A DNA stretch of 63,553 nt, the filler included, from Lenisia limosa (Eukaryota > Protista > Breviatea): assembly GCA_001655205.1 (NCBI GenBank). It is 13 parts of 13 records of this genome, joined end to end, with 100 filler letters (N's around TTAATTAATTAA, not from the genome) between each part and the next. Parts side by side here need not be neighbours in the genome. Positions count along the whole stretch, not along the records: positions 1 to 2,147 come from LPNZ01009799.1; positions 2,248 to 3,570 come from LPNZ01000642.1; positions 3,671 to 6,317 come from LPNZ01003747.1; positions 6,418 to 11,289 come from LPNZ01010174.1; positions 11,390 to 21,918 come from LPNZ01010757.1; 8 more parts are not named here. One strand, 5' to 3'. This document shows, one piece after another, positions 1 through 12,559 of this stretch. Below the pieces are notes generated by a model. That model did no database searches and was not told the origin of the DNA. It saw only the letters and a list, made by a program, of their open reading frames with translations. Both the position numbers and the translations under genes were made by a program. Each line of letters starts with the position of its first letter. Position 1 is the stretch's first letter.

Positions 1-1199
1 TGTTGTTATCAACCCTTGTGTGTTAGCCAACAGAGTTGATTTTGGGCTTTTTGTTTCATAAATTTTCCAATTTTACTCCTCCCCAGCCCCCACAGCAGGC
101 CTCTCTACAAGTCTTCTACTTGGCTTTCGGATGAACTCTTCTTTCGCTTCAAAAGCAGCCCTGGTGGCAATTGTGCGAATTGGCTTCACGGCCCTCTGGG
201 TGACTCTGTTAATATCAAAGTGGGGGGGGGGGGGNNNNNNNNNNNNNNNNNNNNNNNNNNNNNNNNNNNNNNNNNNNNNNNNNNNNNNNNNNNNNNNNNN
301 NNNNNNNNNNNNNNNNNCTAATAATCAGTGCAATTGGTTCGAAGTTATCAGGAGTTTCTGCATTGAAGCATGCCAAAGAGGTGTTCTAAGTTCCCGTTGC
401 TTCAATCCTATTCAATTGATGGTGGGAGGATCTGTAATGGCGAAGATTGGGGTATGGGGGTAGGGTTTCTTTTTCCGGTTTATTGGCTTTGTCTGTCAAG
501 TCCTTTTGATTCAAAACTTCTTTTTTTCTGTGCTTCTATCGTCATACATATCCTCCTTCCTTTATTCTTTTTCTTTTTTAGTATGATAGCATACTTAACC
601 TCAATCTGTTCTTATTGGCTTCTATTCATTCCTCTTCTTAACTATAAATCAATATCTCTGTTAGCGTGATGTTGTTGACGGCTTCGGCCAGTTAACACCC
701 ATTTTTATTTATCATCTCATTTTTATTTCTCATCTCCCATCCAAAACTGGGAATAGGTATGTACTATATGTAAATGGGGTAGGTGGGGGAAGTTGCAGGG
801 TATAGCCGTTGGCAAACTCAACACCATTTGCATGGCGTACGGTTAAAAATATCGCCGTTTTCACAGATTCAGTCAGATTCCCATTGCACAGACTTTCTCA
901 AATCCGTTGGTGAAACCCGATTTATTTTAAAAGTCTTAAAATTATCAATGAATGCACAATAGCATATCATATAGTACTATGATATATGAGAAAATTTCAT
1001 ATTCTTATTATTATATTATTACATGTACTGTATTTATATTTTGAGTATCAGGCATTGAAACAAGTAAAGCGAACAACAATGGTACAAACTGGAAAAGAGA
1101 ACCACAGCTCATACTGGTGGAGGTGGTTGCATTGTGACAGAGGGTGGACGAAAGTATCACCACACCTCACGGGTCCAAGGGAGAACATTCCTGAATAAT

Positions 1200-3750
1200 C
1201 AGTGAAGATTCCACGATTCCAAGAGATCGTTTTTCTTCTTCACGAATATTGTTCGCAGAGTTTGCAACCTCCAGGCCTCATATTACCGCATGAGCAGATA
1301 ATCATCCGAAATTTCAGAAATTTTTAAAAATCCAACACTGATGATTCTCTCATAATTATTAATTATATTGCTATATTGCAGAACAAAGATCTCACAAAGA
1401 TCCACGAAACAGAGCAGAACCTGAGCTAAGACACTGCTGACAATATGCCTTTTTCGCACTCTCGCACTCTCTCTTTTTCACGTTTTGGACACTCTCTCTT
1501 TGATTTGTTTTTTCATATTTTGATAACATTTTGTTTTTTTGGATGTTTTCTACATGAATCCTGCCAAAATAATACTTTAGGTGATTCTCTGAAGATGAAA
1601 TTCGTGGTATAATCTTTTTGTGTGGAGTTTTTTTGATTCCCACTCCTCAAGCAGAGAAGAGAAAATGTATTTTTGTTGTTGAATTTCAGCTCTTGCCATC
1701 TGAGGGTTGGAAACTATTTCGATCTATAAATCTGATATCAATTATATTATTTCGATAGTTTTCCGAAATTGTTGACGGCTCGGCTGTTCATTTCTCATTT
1801 CTACTAAAATACAATCAACTCGACCCACCAAGTTGCCATCAAGGAGAAAGCAAAACAAGTGCATAAATTAGGTCAAAAAATCTAGAAAAAACAACAGATA
1901 TAATAATATGATTACAGCTGGTCCTGAGCTTGAACCTGGGCGGGTTCGGAGTTTTCCGAGGTCAAGCGGTTGGCCCGGGCTAGGGAGTAAAACGAAAAAA
2001 ATAGATAGGGGGGTGGGAGCAAAGAAGAAATTTTGATGATACTGGCGTAAAAGTACTAATCACGAACCGAATAATCTCAAACTCCAAAAAAAGGGGAGGG
2101 ATGTTCAATACATTTTTGTTCATAAAATTTCTCATTTTACCACTTGTNNNNNNNNNNNNNNNNNNNNNNNNNNNNNNNNNNNNNNNNNNNNTTAATTAAT
2201 TAANNNNNNNNNNNNNNNNNNNNNNNNNNNNNNNNNNNNNNNNNNNNAAACGAATTATCTGAAACGGGGGGGAGGGGTGAAAATGGAGAAACTACCATTA
2301 CATATACATGTATATATTATATCGTAAGAGATATTGGAGAATTACTAGTCACCCAATCATTTGCCTTACAACTCTGAGCACACAGCTTTCTGTGTGCCTC
2401 CCCAAGATATTGGATAATAATTAGTCACACAATCATTTGCACTCAATTGGGGGAAGGGGGTAAAGAAAGAAGCAAAAAAACCCACGAAGAATGGCGAAAA
2501 ACCAAACAAATAAGCAATTATGCATCTTCAACATCCCATAGTATATTGATGCCATCCTCACCAGATTGACGAGATGATGCAATAAACTGAGCAAAGGCAT
2601 TTCGCGCAGTTCTGAATTCGCCAGTTCTCACAGTGTACTTATCCAAAAGGGCCTTGACCGCAGTTGATACTAATCAGTTAGAAATATGTATGAATACCAA
2701 ACATTCATAAAACAAGACAACACCCAGAATAAACTACGTTGTAAAAAGTAAAAAAAATAAATATGTACAATTTAGAAAACTGAGACAACAAACAGTCTTG
2801 TTTCATGAATGTTTGGAATTTTAACAATATCATATGCCGGAGTGCCAAAAATTGATACATATCTAGGATTTTGTTCTTTTAGAGAACAACGGTGTTTCGG
2901 ACCAAGTTGAAGCATAAACGAACACCACCAAAATCATTCAATCCAGTAGCTATTATCCAACCGATTTTAGGCGAAGCGGCCGGAATGACCAGGGGAAGAA
3001 ATGCGCAAAACACGTCGAAGGTCTGTGCCTGCACACTGTGTGGGATCCACATGCAGTACGTCTCAAAAAGGTCCTGTAGTGTTACGGCATAAAAAGAGGC
3101 CTAATATAATTAGGGCTTCCCTGCGCTCCAAAAAAGACCGGTAAAAATATCGTTCAAATATTTATCGACACATTCAGCCTAATTATAATTCATCTCAAAT
3201 AGCTCTCGTCAGTGAAGAGTTGGGATTGGGGCTTCACTTTGGAAAAAGACCAGTAAAATATCGATATTTATCAAGGATTTATCGTGAAATTCAGTCTTTT
3301 TTCGAACCGCAGTGAAGCCATATTGGAAATGAAGCCTAAAAACCAACAAATACAGAAACGTTTCAGAACCGCCAAAATGTTTTGAACAAAAAGACAAAGC
3401 AAAAACCACGAAAAAGATTCAACAAAACCCACAAAAATGACTCTCTGGGTGGTGCCGCCGGGCTGTATGGAGGGAAGCACACAGTGAAGGGCATGAAGGA
3501 GGCCGGATGAGGGTGAATGCTGCAGAGGTCAAAGCGAAGGAGAAATTTCGATGAAGAATGGGGGGGGGGGNNNNNNNNNNNNNNNNNNNNNNNNNNNNNN
3601 NNNNNNNNNNNNNNTTAATTAATTAANNNNNNNNNNNNNNNNNNNNNNNNNNNNNNNNNNNNNNNNNNNNGCTGGGATAGGCGGGGGATTGTTTGTGTTT
3701 GGTGTGTCAGGCTGGTTAAATTTGGCCTTCGCATAGTAATTAAATGCCAT
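1200..3750 (-). CDS. Hypothetical multi-exon protein (spans two spacer gaps; joining of exons tentative)
   Basis: Minus-strand open exon-like segments bounded by AG/GT: MAFNYYAKAKFNQPDT (ATG 3750), HSPSSGLLHALHCVLPSIQPGG, DLFETYCMWIPHSVQAQTFDVFCAFLPLV, VSTAVKALLDKYTVRTGEFRTARNAFAQF, ARANRLTSENSEPAQVQ. No family recognised. Confidence 0.4.
2148..2247. other. Assembly spacer N44-TTAATTAATTAA-N44 (one of 12; 12-mers at about 2192, 3615, 6362, 11334, 21963, 24365, 28143, 38158, 41856, 43302, 45283, 61857)
   Basis: Identical six-frame-stop 12-mer centred in 100-nt N blocks. Confidence 0.97.
3227..3322. mobile_element. 100-bp palindromic MITE, family B (CACTTCGG arms), degenerate
   Basis: GGGCTTCACTT...GAAAAAGAC...GTCTTTTTTCGAACCGCAGTGAAGCC. 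Confidence 0.75.
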
Positions 3751-4136
3751 TGTTTTCCTCCGTCGCTATTCGCGTGATCTCAGCAATAGTCGTTTTGTTT
3801 CTGCTCGTTGGGCAAACACCAACCTCTTCAATACCGTAGTAAAGTATCACTATCCAATTTATTCTACAAATCCAATCCTCATTGTAAATAGCGCGAAAAC
3901 CTTCTTGTTTTGCATTGATCGAAATTGGGTGACCTCTATTTTATTCTCCCCCTTCCGAAATAATGATGATTATAGTAAGGCCGAAGCCGTCGACACTCTC
4001 ACATTCATAAGAGATATTGATTATTGAGTATAGTATCATGCTGCCATATCAACACAATCACGCAGAGATTTTCTGTTTCAATCTGTTACGTTTTCTGACA
4101 TTTTAGGGGCTGCTTTTCACGCAGAAAAACTCCGAA

Positions 4137-5790
4137 ATGGCGCTCCAGCTGAACACTATCTGCCAGGACAATATGAGAAGGTATGTCTTCTGGATGAAGG
4201 GAACCCTAGATATTGTTTTCTGATTTAGTCAATCGTGTCAGGACTTATCGCGGCCAGTGTATAACCTTGTGATAAGTCCTTACACGGATATTGAGTTTTC
4301 AATCGTGTCAGGAATTATCGCTGTAACTATTTATGATCCCCCCCCCCCTCCAGTTTCGAGGAGACTGAAATTTCGTTCCGTCGGGTCATGTGCCGGGGAA
4401 TGGTGACCGAATTTGTGGACTTTTCTCTGGGTGGGGGGTGGGGTCTCTGTATTACTATTCCACTTGTATTCATAACAGTAATATAGGTAGGGCTTCCCTA
4501 CGGTCCCAAAAATGGCTGATTGCTTTCGATAAATTCTCGATAAATATCAGTAATTAATGGTCTTTTTGGGACCGTAGGGAATTCCTAAATATAGGTAAAG
4601 AGAGTAGTTTAAAGTTGTCATAATTGTTCGTACTTGCCTATAATTTGCGTTGGAATAGCACTTAACACATTTCACTTAGTCCCACCTCTGGTGTGTGTGG
4701 GGAGGAGGGTTAATCATAGTATAAAAATAATATTACCAGATTCCCCCAATAGGATATAATCGGATCGGATCGGAGTAGCACTAAGTATAACAGAATAGAA
4801 TATAATAACAGAACAGGATATAACCCCCCTAGAATTCACAGAAGCTCCGGAACACTTCATAAATGTCGACAACGTGCCGGACGAGTGGAAATTGTCTCGT
4901 TCGGAATGGGCGGCCAAAATAGAGTTCAAGCTGACTAACCTCAATTACGTAAGCGGGGACTAATTTCAATTACGTAAGGGGGGGCAAAATGGAGTTTAAG
5001 CTGACTAATCTCAATTATGTCAGAGGAAGGGAGGGGGCGGGGGTAAGATGGTGGTAAAGCTCGAATTTCTAGTTTTCTGGGAGGCACGCAGACAGCTCGT
5101 GTGCACAGAACTGTAAGGCAAATGATTGGGTGAATTAATATTATACTATAATTCTTATAAGCGTGATGGTGCGGACGGCTTCGGCCGGATAAAACCTTAT
5201 TTTTTATTTCTCATTGCTCTAGAATATTTCCACCCCCCCCCCCAGTAATNNNNNNNNNNNNNNNNNNNNNNNNNNNNNNNNNNNNNNNNNNNNNNNNNNN
5301 NNNNNNNNNNNNNNNNNNNNNNNNNNNNNNNNNNNNNNNNNNNNNNNNNNNTTTCACACACTGAAACGGCCATTTCATTTATGGGTCCCGAGGGGCCTGC
5401 TGAGTACAGTGGTCTTGTTGTGATCGGTGGTGAAGGTATGGGGGGAGGGGATGATGATGAGGATGATGGTGATGGTGATGGTGATGGTGATGATGATGAT
5501 GATGATGGTGATGATGCTGCTGCTGATGATGATGATGATAATGATGATGATGATGATGATGATAAGTTAGAATTACATCACGATGAGGGAAATAAATTGG
5601 AGAGTAATAATATATGTCTAACCTGGTAGTGTTGAGTAAATCCCATTACGCTTCAGGAATACCAAGTCAATAAACAGGGATTGTACATGACCATTCAGGC
5701 GAGGTAGTACCTGAAGCCCATTTCCGCGTTGAAGATGTGGCGGAGTCCACCTTGACCGTTTATGTAGTTGTACCGAACTCAGTTACTCTT
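4137..5790 (+). CDS. Hypothetical multi-exon protein, partial
   Basis: Exon-like segments MALQLNTICQDNMR|, FEETEISFRRVMCRGMVTEFVDFSL|, YNPLEFTEAPEHFINVDNVPDEWKLSRSEWAAKIEFKLTNLNY| ending at GT donors. Confidence 0.4.
4488..4587. mobile_element. 100-bp palindromic MITE, family A (CCCTACGG arms)
   Basis: TAGGGCTTCCCTACGGTCCCAAAAA...TTTTTGGGACCGTAGGGAATTCCTA. Confidence 0.85.
5078..5222 (+). repeat. Dispersed two-hairpin repeat, family D (representative). Other copies or fragments near 660-720, 1771-1800, 2332-2445(-), 5857-5952, 21066-21160, 21478-21555, 25596-25667, 27720-27785, 44948-45065, 62190-62395
   Basis: Shared core GGGAGGCAC(G/A)CAGAAAGC..GTGT...GTAAGGCAAATGATTGGGTGAATTA...TTATAAGCGTGATGGTGTGGACGGCTTCGGCC...AACCTT.TTTTT.TTTCTCATT. 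Confidence 0.85.
5450..5563 (+). repeat. (GAT/GGT)n microsatellite, probably intronic
   Basis: About 38 GAT-type triplets shortly after a GTATGGGGG donor. Confidence 0.9.
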
Positions 5791-6524
5791 CCTGTAGGGG
5801 GAAAGGGGTCTAATATATCACACTTGGGATCAGTTTTACACGTGTTAACGTATGATGGGGAGGCACGCAGAAAGCTATGTGTACAGAGTTGTAAGGCAAA
5901 TGATTGGGTGAATTACTGTTATACTATAATTCAATATCTCTTATAAGCGTGANNNNNNNNNNNNNNNNNNNNNNNNNNNNNNNNNNNNNNNNNNNNNNNN
6001 NNNNNNNNNNNNNNNNNNNNNNNNNNNNNNNNNNNNNNNNNNCTGGTGGTGGGTGTGGGTGTGTGTGATGGGCTTACGGTCCTAAAAGTCTGATATCTCG
6101 ATAATTACCAAGAAACAACGATATTTTGTGGTCTTTTTCGGGACCTTAATCTTGGACTGAAGTAATTATATTCCCAAAACTTACCCCATACGGTAGAGTG
6201 TTCGCTTACAACCCCAGGTTCTTATTGACCCTATTGTCTCTTCGCCGTCAAACAACCTTACCGTTTCCACTGGTATGAAGTTTTATTTGAATATTATTGG
6301 CTTTTTTTTTTTTTTTTNNNNNNNNNNNNNNNNNNNNNNNNNNNNNNNNNNNNNNNNNNNNTTAATTAATTAANNNNNNNNNNNNNNNNNNNNNNNNNNN
6401 NNNNNNNNNNNNNNNNNAAAACGATAGGATGGAGGCGAACTATCAACATACAGGAGCTGAAGGATTGATGTATGTTCGCGGCTTGAAACACCATATATCC
6501 TTCATCACTTTCTCATATTTTTAG

Positions 6525-9500
6525 ATAGAAAAGCCCCCTCTCAGTGGTATGGGTTTTGTGACTCGGTCTCTCAACCTGAATACATCCCTGCGCTATAGCA
6601 GTCTCGCGGCGTTGTCTAAGCAAACGACCACGAGCAACACGCTTGCACTTACCCCTATTGTTTAAGGGAGTATGAAGCAAGGGTGTTAAAGAAGAAGGTT
6701 TGAATGAAACTGTCTTTTTAATTACTCGTTCCCCCAATATTCACGATTGAACTCCAGTTTACCACATCCGCCGTAATAATTTACCTTACTATCTTCCTTC
6801 TCACTCGTTATGGGTTATAGTGTTTCTCTTATTATGCGTTTTTTCTTATCCCCGGAGACAATTTATACCCTCTCTCCGGTTTCTAAGTATCATTATCCCT
6901 CAGAATTGCTGTAGTGATAATCATGACAATACTATAGAAAATTCACTATACTACCATCAGAAAAATGATAATTGGGCATCAGGCCCTCCTCTCCTTTACC
7001 CATACCCTTATTACTGACCTTCCATATCCGTGTTCATTTCCGTAATTTCTATGCCCTATTGGTGCTAATTATTTGTATCATCAGTTCCAGGATACAATAA
7101 TCTTCAGCTCCCTCCAGAGCATAACTATCCTTAACGTTTTAGACAGAACCAGTCACCAAGGGAGCAAAAAACTGAGCTACCCCACTCCCCCCTCCACTGT
7201 TGTGGCAGGCTTCCCAAAGGGAAACTTCAAGTACAACGGGAGGGTCTTCCACGCTGACAAAAAAGCCCCACTCCTTACGCTCAAAGCTAATGTTAGTTCG
7301 GGGATTTGACCTTGTTTTGGTGGTTCTGTGGTAGTCATTTTTATTGCGACCTATAATATTACTAGTTTTATGTTGTTACTTTGACATCAAATAATGTCAA
7401 TAGCTTGGAAATGTGGAAATCATGGCGAAATAAATCAAGATTCTCTCTTTCTATAAGTATTAAATTTATTTTCAGCTCTGACCTGAGAAAATAACTTACC
7501 AACCAGGTGGAGATCACTTTACCGCGGTGAGCAGCTTTGGTGAGCTGAATGGCACCTTTGAAGCCCATGCTGCGGTAGGCTTTTGATTTATAAAAATCTC
7601 TTCTACGTTGTAAAGCTTCACTGCTGGCTTTGTTTCTATTTCCGTGGGTGGGGGTTAAGTATAAGAAACCTTACAAATTCGCCACAATAAGCCTTTGATA
7701 TTCATCTTATAAGTTTCCAAAACTCTGACTGAGCATGATTTGTCAACAGTTTTGGGAAACAGTTGTCTAATTTAGCTCCATACTCTGTCTTTTAATTTTG
7801 TGGGTGTTGTCAAGAACTTGTTCAACTGGGCTTTTATTTAAATTGTTCCTCGAGACAATATGTTCAGTTCTTATCGTTTTTTAAAGGCCCTTCACGACAC
7901 CCATGTTACTGCCGCCATTCTCCTCAAGGACCACTTGACCAAGAGAATCGGCCCAGGAGCACCTCGTTATTCTCCATCGTGTTGCCACCGGTGACATCAG
8001 CGTAGAGGTGAGGACAGTGTTTTATTCTTCTTTGAATAACATTATTGTGACAAATGAACGATACTTTATATATTTATCTTGATCTTCAATGTAAATGTCT
8101 TTCAAAAGCATCATTTACCTGCACCTGTCTATGTTAAGGATTCTGTACTTCTATCTATCATATGTACAGAAAACGTATATCTTGCTATTATCGTATCTCT
8201 GTCACTTAATATATATACATGTATATACTATGTATAAGTTTCCTATTAGTTGTTTTACAATCGACCAACAACTCTCAATACCATTAAGTTTGTCAAACAC
8301 ACCGATTTAATGCCATATTAATCACAGTATAAATAAGGTTATTCCAACTTGGCAATATTGTATTTTTTTGTTTCGTCACTCAGATGATTTAGGTGTAAAG
8401 GGGCAACAAGCAGCTCATACTCTGTTTATGATGATTTAGACAATCCAAGAGAAAAATTGTTAAATCGATGTGGAAAACACCTAAAATGTGGCCACTTTTT
8501 TTGACGCACGTGTGTTATTTGGTCACGTACTTCAGACAGAGACCTTCCCTTATAGAACTACTAAAATGATAATTGTCAACACATCTTACCATTTGTTTTT
8601 TTTTACAATTGGCCGATGTTTCAAAATTCCCTTTTTTAAGTAATTTTGTTTGGTCTAGTGATTTTTCTAGTTAAGATCTTGCAACGCATTACTTTTTTTG
8701 ATTCAACCTTCTTCCTCCCCTTGCTGAGACACAGACACTTACGGGGTAAGTGGAGTAGAAACTATTTAATATCTGGAGGGTAGATTTATCAATCCTGCTG
8801 CTCTCAAAAGAAAGATATATCAGAAAATCACAAAATTGGGATACTTATTTTCCAAATCATTATAAATTTTCTCATACTATATATTATCTCGTGCGCCAAA
8901 ACCCCGTTATTTTTGGATATCCCGTCACTTTTGAATTTAGGAGAAATAAACATGAATTTGTTGTTTTTTCTGGTTCATATATACTTCAGGGGTAAAACTT
9001 GTGAATTGACTTCAACCATATCTCATAAGATCCGTAACTAACAAACCAAAAGAGCAAAATAAACAAATATATTGATGATTTTTCCTATTTACTATCATAT
9101 CACAATTTTGGTCATTTTCACACGTGTGTATACTATCATTTTCTACTCAGTGATATGAATACCTCATATCCACTTTTTGATAATTGACTGAGAAGTCTCA
9201 ATGACACTCTGATCTACCCGGGATGATCCCTCTGATATCTTTGTTAGTAAGTCGGCCATATGATCATTTCAGTAGTAAAGATGGGTCAACGTTTATCTAC
9301 CATATGTCGATATATAGATAGTTAAAACCGCGAACATGATTAAAACAGCGAACATGATTAAAACCGCGTTCTTTCAATTTTTGAGCCAATACGCTCCTTA
9401 TTTACGCTTCTTTCGCATTTTTTGCCAATTATCGCCAGAAACACTCCTTTATACAGGGTTTTATTCATAAGAATAGGCAGGGGTATACATGCAAAATACC

Positions 9501-11181
9501 ACCTTCATGGTACTTCAATTTTTCATGCGAAATCCATTAAAAACACTGATTATGGGCCTACGATAAAGTGAAGACATTCTTGCACCATCATATTTGATTT
9601 ATTCCACTCTTAAGTAACCTAGAGGCATTTAAGTAGAGAATACGAGACAAATTGGGCAAAAAATGAGCATAAATTACCCATAAATGNNNNNNNNNNTGTA
9701 CTCTTGAGTAACCTAGAGGCATTTAAGTAGAGAATACGAGAAAAATTGGGCAAAAAATGAGCGTAAATTACCCACAAATGGGCGAAAATATGATAAAAGA
9801 TGTTAATAAATCAAGCGAATTTGACTCTTACCTTTTGTGCCGTTCCAGAATGGTAAATGGGTTATTAACGCAGTATATACCTTAATCAGATGTCTATATC
9901 GTCCATTGGCTCTATTGTAGAGACTGAACAAGGAAAATTCTTGAAAAAACCGTTACAAAAGTTGACTTAAATACCTCAAAACCACAACATTGTCTCCTAA
10001 AATGGACTTCAGATTCGAATTCTCCTTACAAATCTGCGTTTCTATTGTGGGGCACTTTAATAGGCTCAAAATGCTATTATTCTGAAAGANNNNNNNNNNA
10101 TTGATAGAAGATGTTAATAAATCAAGCGAATTTGACTCTTACCTTTTGTCCCGTTCCAGAACGGTAAATGGTTGTTGACGCAGCATAAACTTTAATCAGA
10201 CGTCTACTTCGTCCATTGGCTCCATTAGAGACTGAACAAGGAAAATTCTTGAAAAAACCGTTCCAAAAGTTGATTTAAATACCTCAAAATCACCACATTT
10301 TCTCCAAAAATGGACTTCAGATTCGAATTCTCCTTAAAATCTGCGTTTCTATAGTGGGGCCCTTTAATAGGCTCAAAATGCTATTATTCTGAAAGAGGGG
10401 GGTTTCAAAAAATATTTTCGCNNNNNNNNNNCTCTTCTTTTTGCTCAAAATTTCTTTGTTTTGATGTTGTTGATAGTCTAGTACTCAAAACTNNNNNNNN
10501 NNCGATTCTGATCAAAAGATATTTTTTTTCGATTTTTTTATCTCCTCATTTTTTTTCTTCTTTTTGCTCAAAATTTCTTTGTTTTGATGTTGTTGATAGT
10601 CTAGTACTCAAAACTGCCGAATTTCACACTAAAACGGGTGTTTTTGAAGCGATTTATGTCAATTTTTGGCTTGTTTGCGGTTTTAATCATGTTCGCGGTT
10701 TTAAACTCCAACCTATATATCATATGATAACAATGCAGCTTTTGTTTTGATTTTATGCTCTAGAACACGATCACCAACGATAAACCTGAGACGCTCAGCC
10801 CAATATGGTAACACAATTATCCAAATTTGCTCGAAGACCTTGAGAGATAACTGGTGTTCTGTCTTTTAGCAATTACAACTACAGGCCTTACGACATCACT
10901 GCCATTAAAGTTCTCAGTGACATTGAGCAACGGGAATTGTGAGACTGGAAGTTGATAGTATTGTGAATAACACTATGATTTAATATCCGTTTTGACCCTC
11001 TCCTCCCTCCTGTAACGATTGTTTAGAGTCAGACTTAAGTCGTTCTTTCCGTATGACTTTGCTCAAGGCCGGGTCAACCGGGAGGAGCAACTTCTGCTGC
11101 CAACCGAGTCGGTGAGAAGCCTGCAACTCTTCCTGAACAGAAGTAAATACCACAACAGAAAGCTTAGGGAAAGCTCCAAGT
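6525..11181 (+). CDS. Unidentified multi-exon gene fragments
   Basis: Segments such as PTPPSTVVAGFPKGNFKYNGRVFHADKKAPLLTLKAN|, PGGDHFTAVSSFGELNGTFEAHAA|, LKSFFPYDFAQGRVNREEQLLLPTESVRSLQLFLNR| end at GT donors; no family recognised. Confidence 0.3.
9313..10717. mobile_element. Non-autonomous TIR element (~1.4 kb) with 18-bp subterminal repeats
   Basis: Left end TTAAAACCGCGAACATGA repeated ~2.5x (9322-9368); right end carries the reverse complement (10677-10705); TA-rich flanks; no ORF inside. Confidence 0.6.
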
Positions 11182-11607
11182 ACTCCTCCAATGACAAATA
11201 TATGTTGTATGATGTAGTAGCTAAATATACATATGATATAGTATATGATATATATATATCTCCGTCTAGAAAAACCGGTGCTTTTTGGANNNNNNNNNNN
11301 NNNNNNNNNNNNNNNNNNNNNNNNNNNNNNNNNTTAATTAATTAANNNNNNNNNNNNNNNNNNNNNNNNNNNNNNNNNNNNNNNNNNNNATGGTTGGTGG
11401 TGGTTGAATCCTATCAAGAATTTGTAATTACATTGTGTATTTCTAGACTGTTGGTAGGATTATTGATTTCGTAGGTGGAAAAAAACGAGCTGCAAAAGCC
11501 ATAAAGGCTAATACTCGTGGTATGAGTGGCCTTTATTTTTTTGTATTTGAGTTGTTGTAGTTTTTCACAACATTTTACAATTTAGGGGGCAAAAAANNNN
11601 NNNNNNA

Positions 11608-12019
11608 AGACAGCTAAGGATGACACCCACCCTGAATTGGCTAAGGATGCCTGGGTTCAGGTAGCCGAATATCGGGATGAGCTGACGTTTATGGAGGTGG
11701 AAAAGTACCTTTCCAATCCCGATGAGTTACCATGGGCCCAGATGAAGTGCGTTCAGTTTGCCCCCAGACAGTCTACGAGTCAACATCTCCTGCGAAGAAG
11801 AGAATTGACGTCACGCCTGCACCTTTGGACGACTACAAAACAAGGTTGATGAAAGAAGTGGAAGAATATGAGAAAGAAAGAAGAAAGAAAGTCGAGGAAG
11901 CTGCTATTAAAGGTATTATTTGGTATTGCAATTTGGAATTATCTTTTAAAAAAACTCTCTAACTTACTTGTTTTAGAAAGAGCTGAAGAACGCCAAACTC
12001 GTGGACAAGCCAATGGTTG
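11608..12019 (+). CDS. Fragment of a charged/coiled-coil hypothetical protein
   Basis: KTAKDDTHPELAKDAWVQ| then TVYESTSPAKKRIDVTPAPLDDYKTRLMKEVEEYEKERRKKVEEAAIK| and ERAEERQTRGQANG, linked by GT-AG introns. Confidence 0.35.
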
Positions 12020-12559
12020 NNNNNNNNNNNNNNNNNNNNNNNNNNNNNNNNNNNNNNNNNNNNNNNNNNNNNNNNNNNNNNNNNNNNNNNNNNNNNNNNN
12101 NNNNNNNNNNNNNNNNNNNNNNNNNNNNNNNNNNNNNNNNNNNNNNNNNNNNNNCAGTGTGTTGTATGTATCCTTTGTCTAATCTCTTGTGTACAATAGA
12201 TAAATGGTCTTGAAAAAGGTGGTTTTGTTGAGGAAATTGAGTAAATACAAAAGTCACTGGAGGAGACAATAAGGCCTGCGATTGTTTTTTGAAAATACGC
12301 AAAAAAAAATGTCAATTTACTCACAAATTGTCGAGTTATTACACCCTTTGTCGAGGTATAGCACCNNNNNNNNNNNNNNNNNNNNNNNNNNNNNNNNNNN
12401 NNNNNNNNNNNNTATATTCATGACATATTTTTTGTTAAAAAAAATAAAAAATACTTCCGGTTTTCCCGTTGAAATACGATTACACGTTATCTTTAACTGG
12501 AAGGAGGGTAGTTTGGCTTCAAATTAATCACTAAATTTAGGACCTTGAGCATCTAGCTA

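Noticed and set aside
318-420. Possible stop-codon reassignment (TAG inside an apparent minus-strand frame)
   Set aside because: CCT7, the PPase, PPIL1 and the carrier translate fully with the standard code and genes end in TAA, TGA or TAG; the segment has alternative open frames.
2192-2203. TTAATTAATTAA recurring 12 times as a possible biological motif
   Set aside because: Always centred in 100-nt N blocks and encodes stops in all six frames: an assembly spacer.
5381-5629. Poly-Asp ORF as an acidic protein
   Set aside because: The Asp run is a GAT microsatellite starting right after a GT donor and G-run; likely intronic.
9600-10615. Paired near-identical blocks (9607/9698, 9800/10101, 10432/10540) as tandem duplications
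   Set aside because: Each pair straddles a 10-N gap; most likely unmerged overlapping or allelic contig ends.
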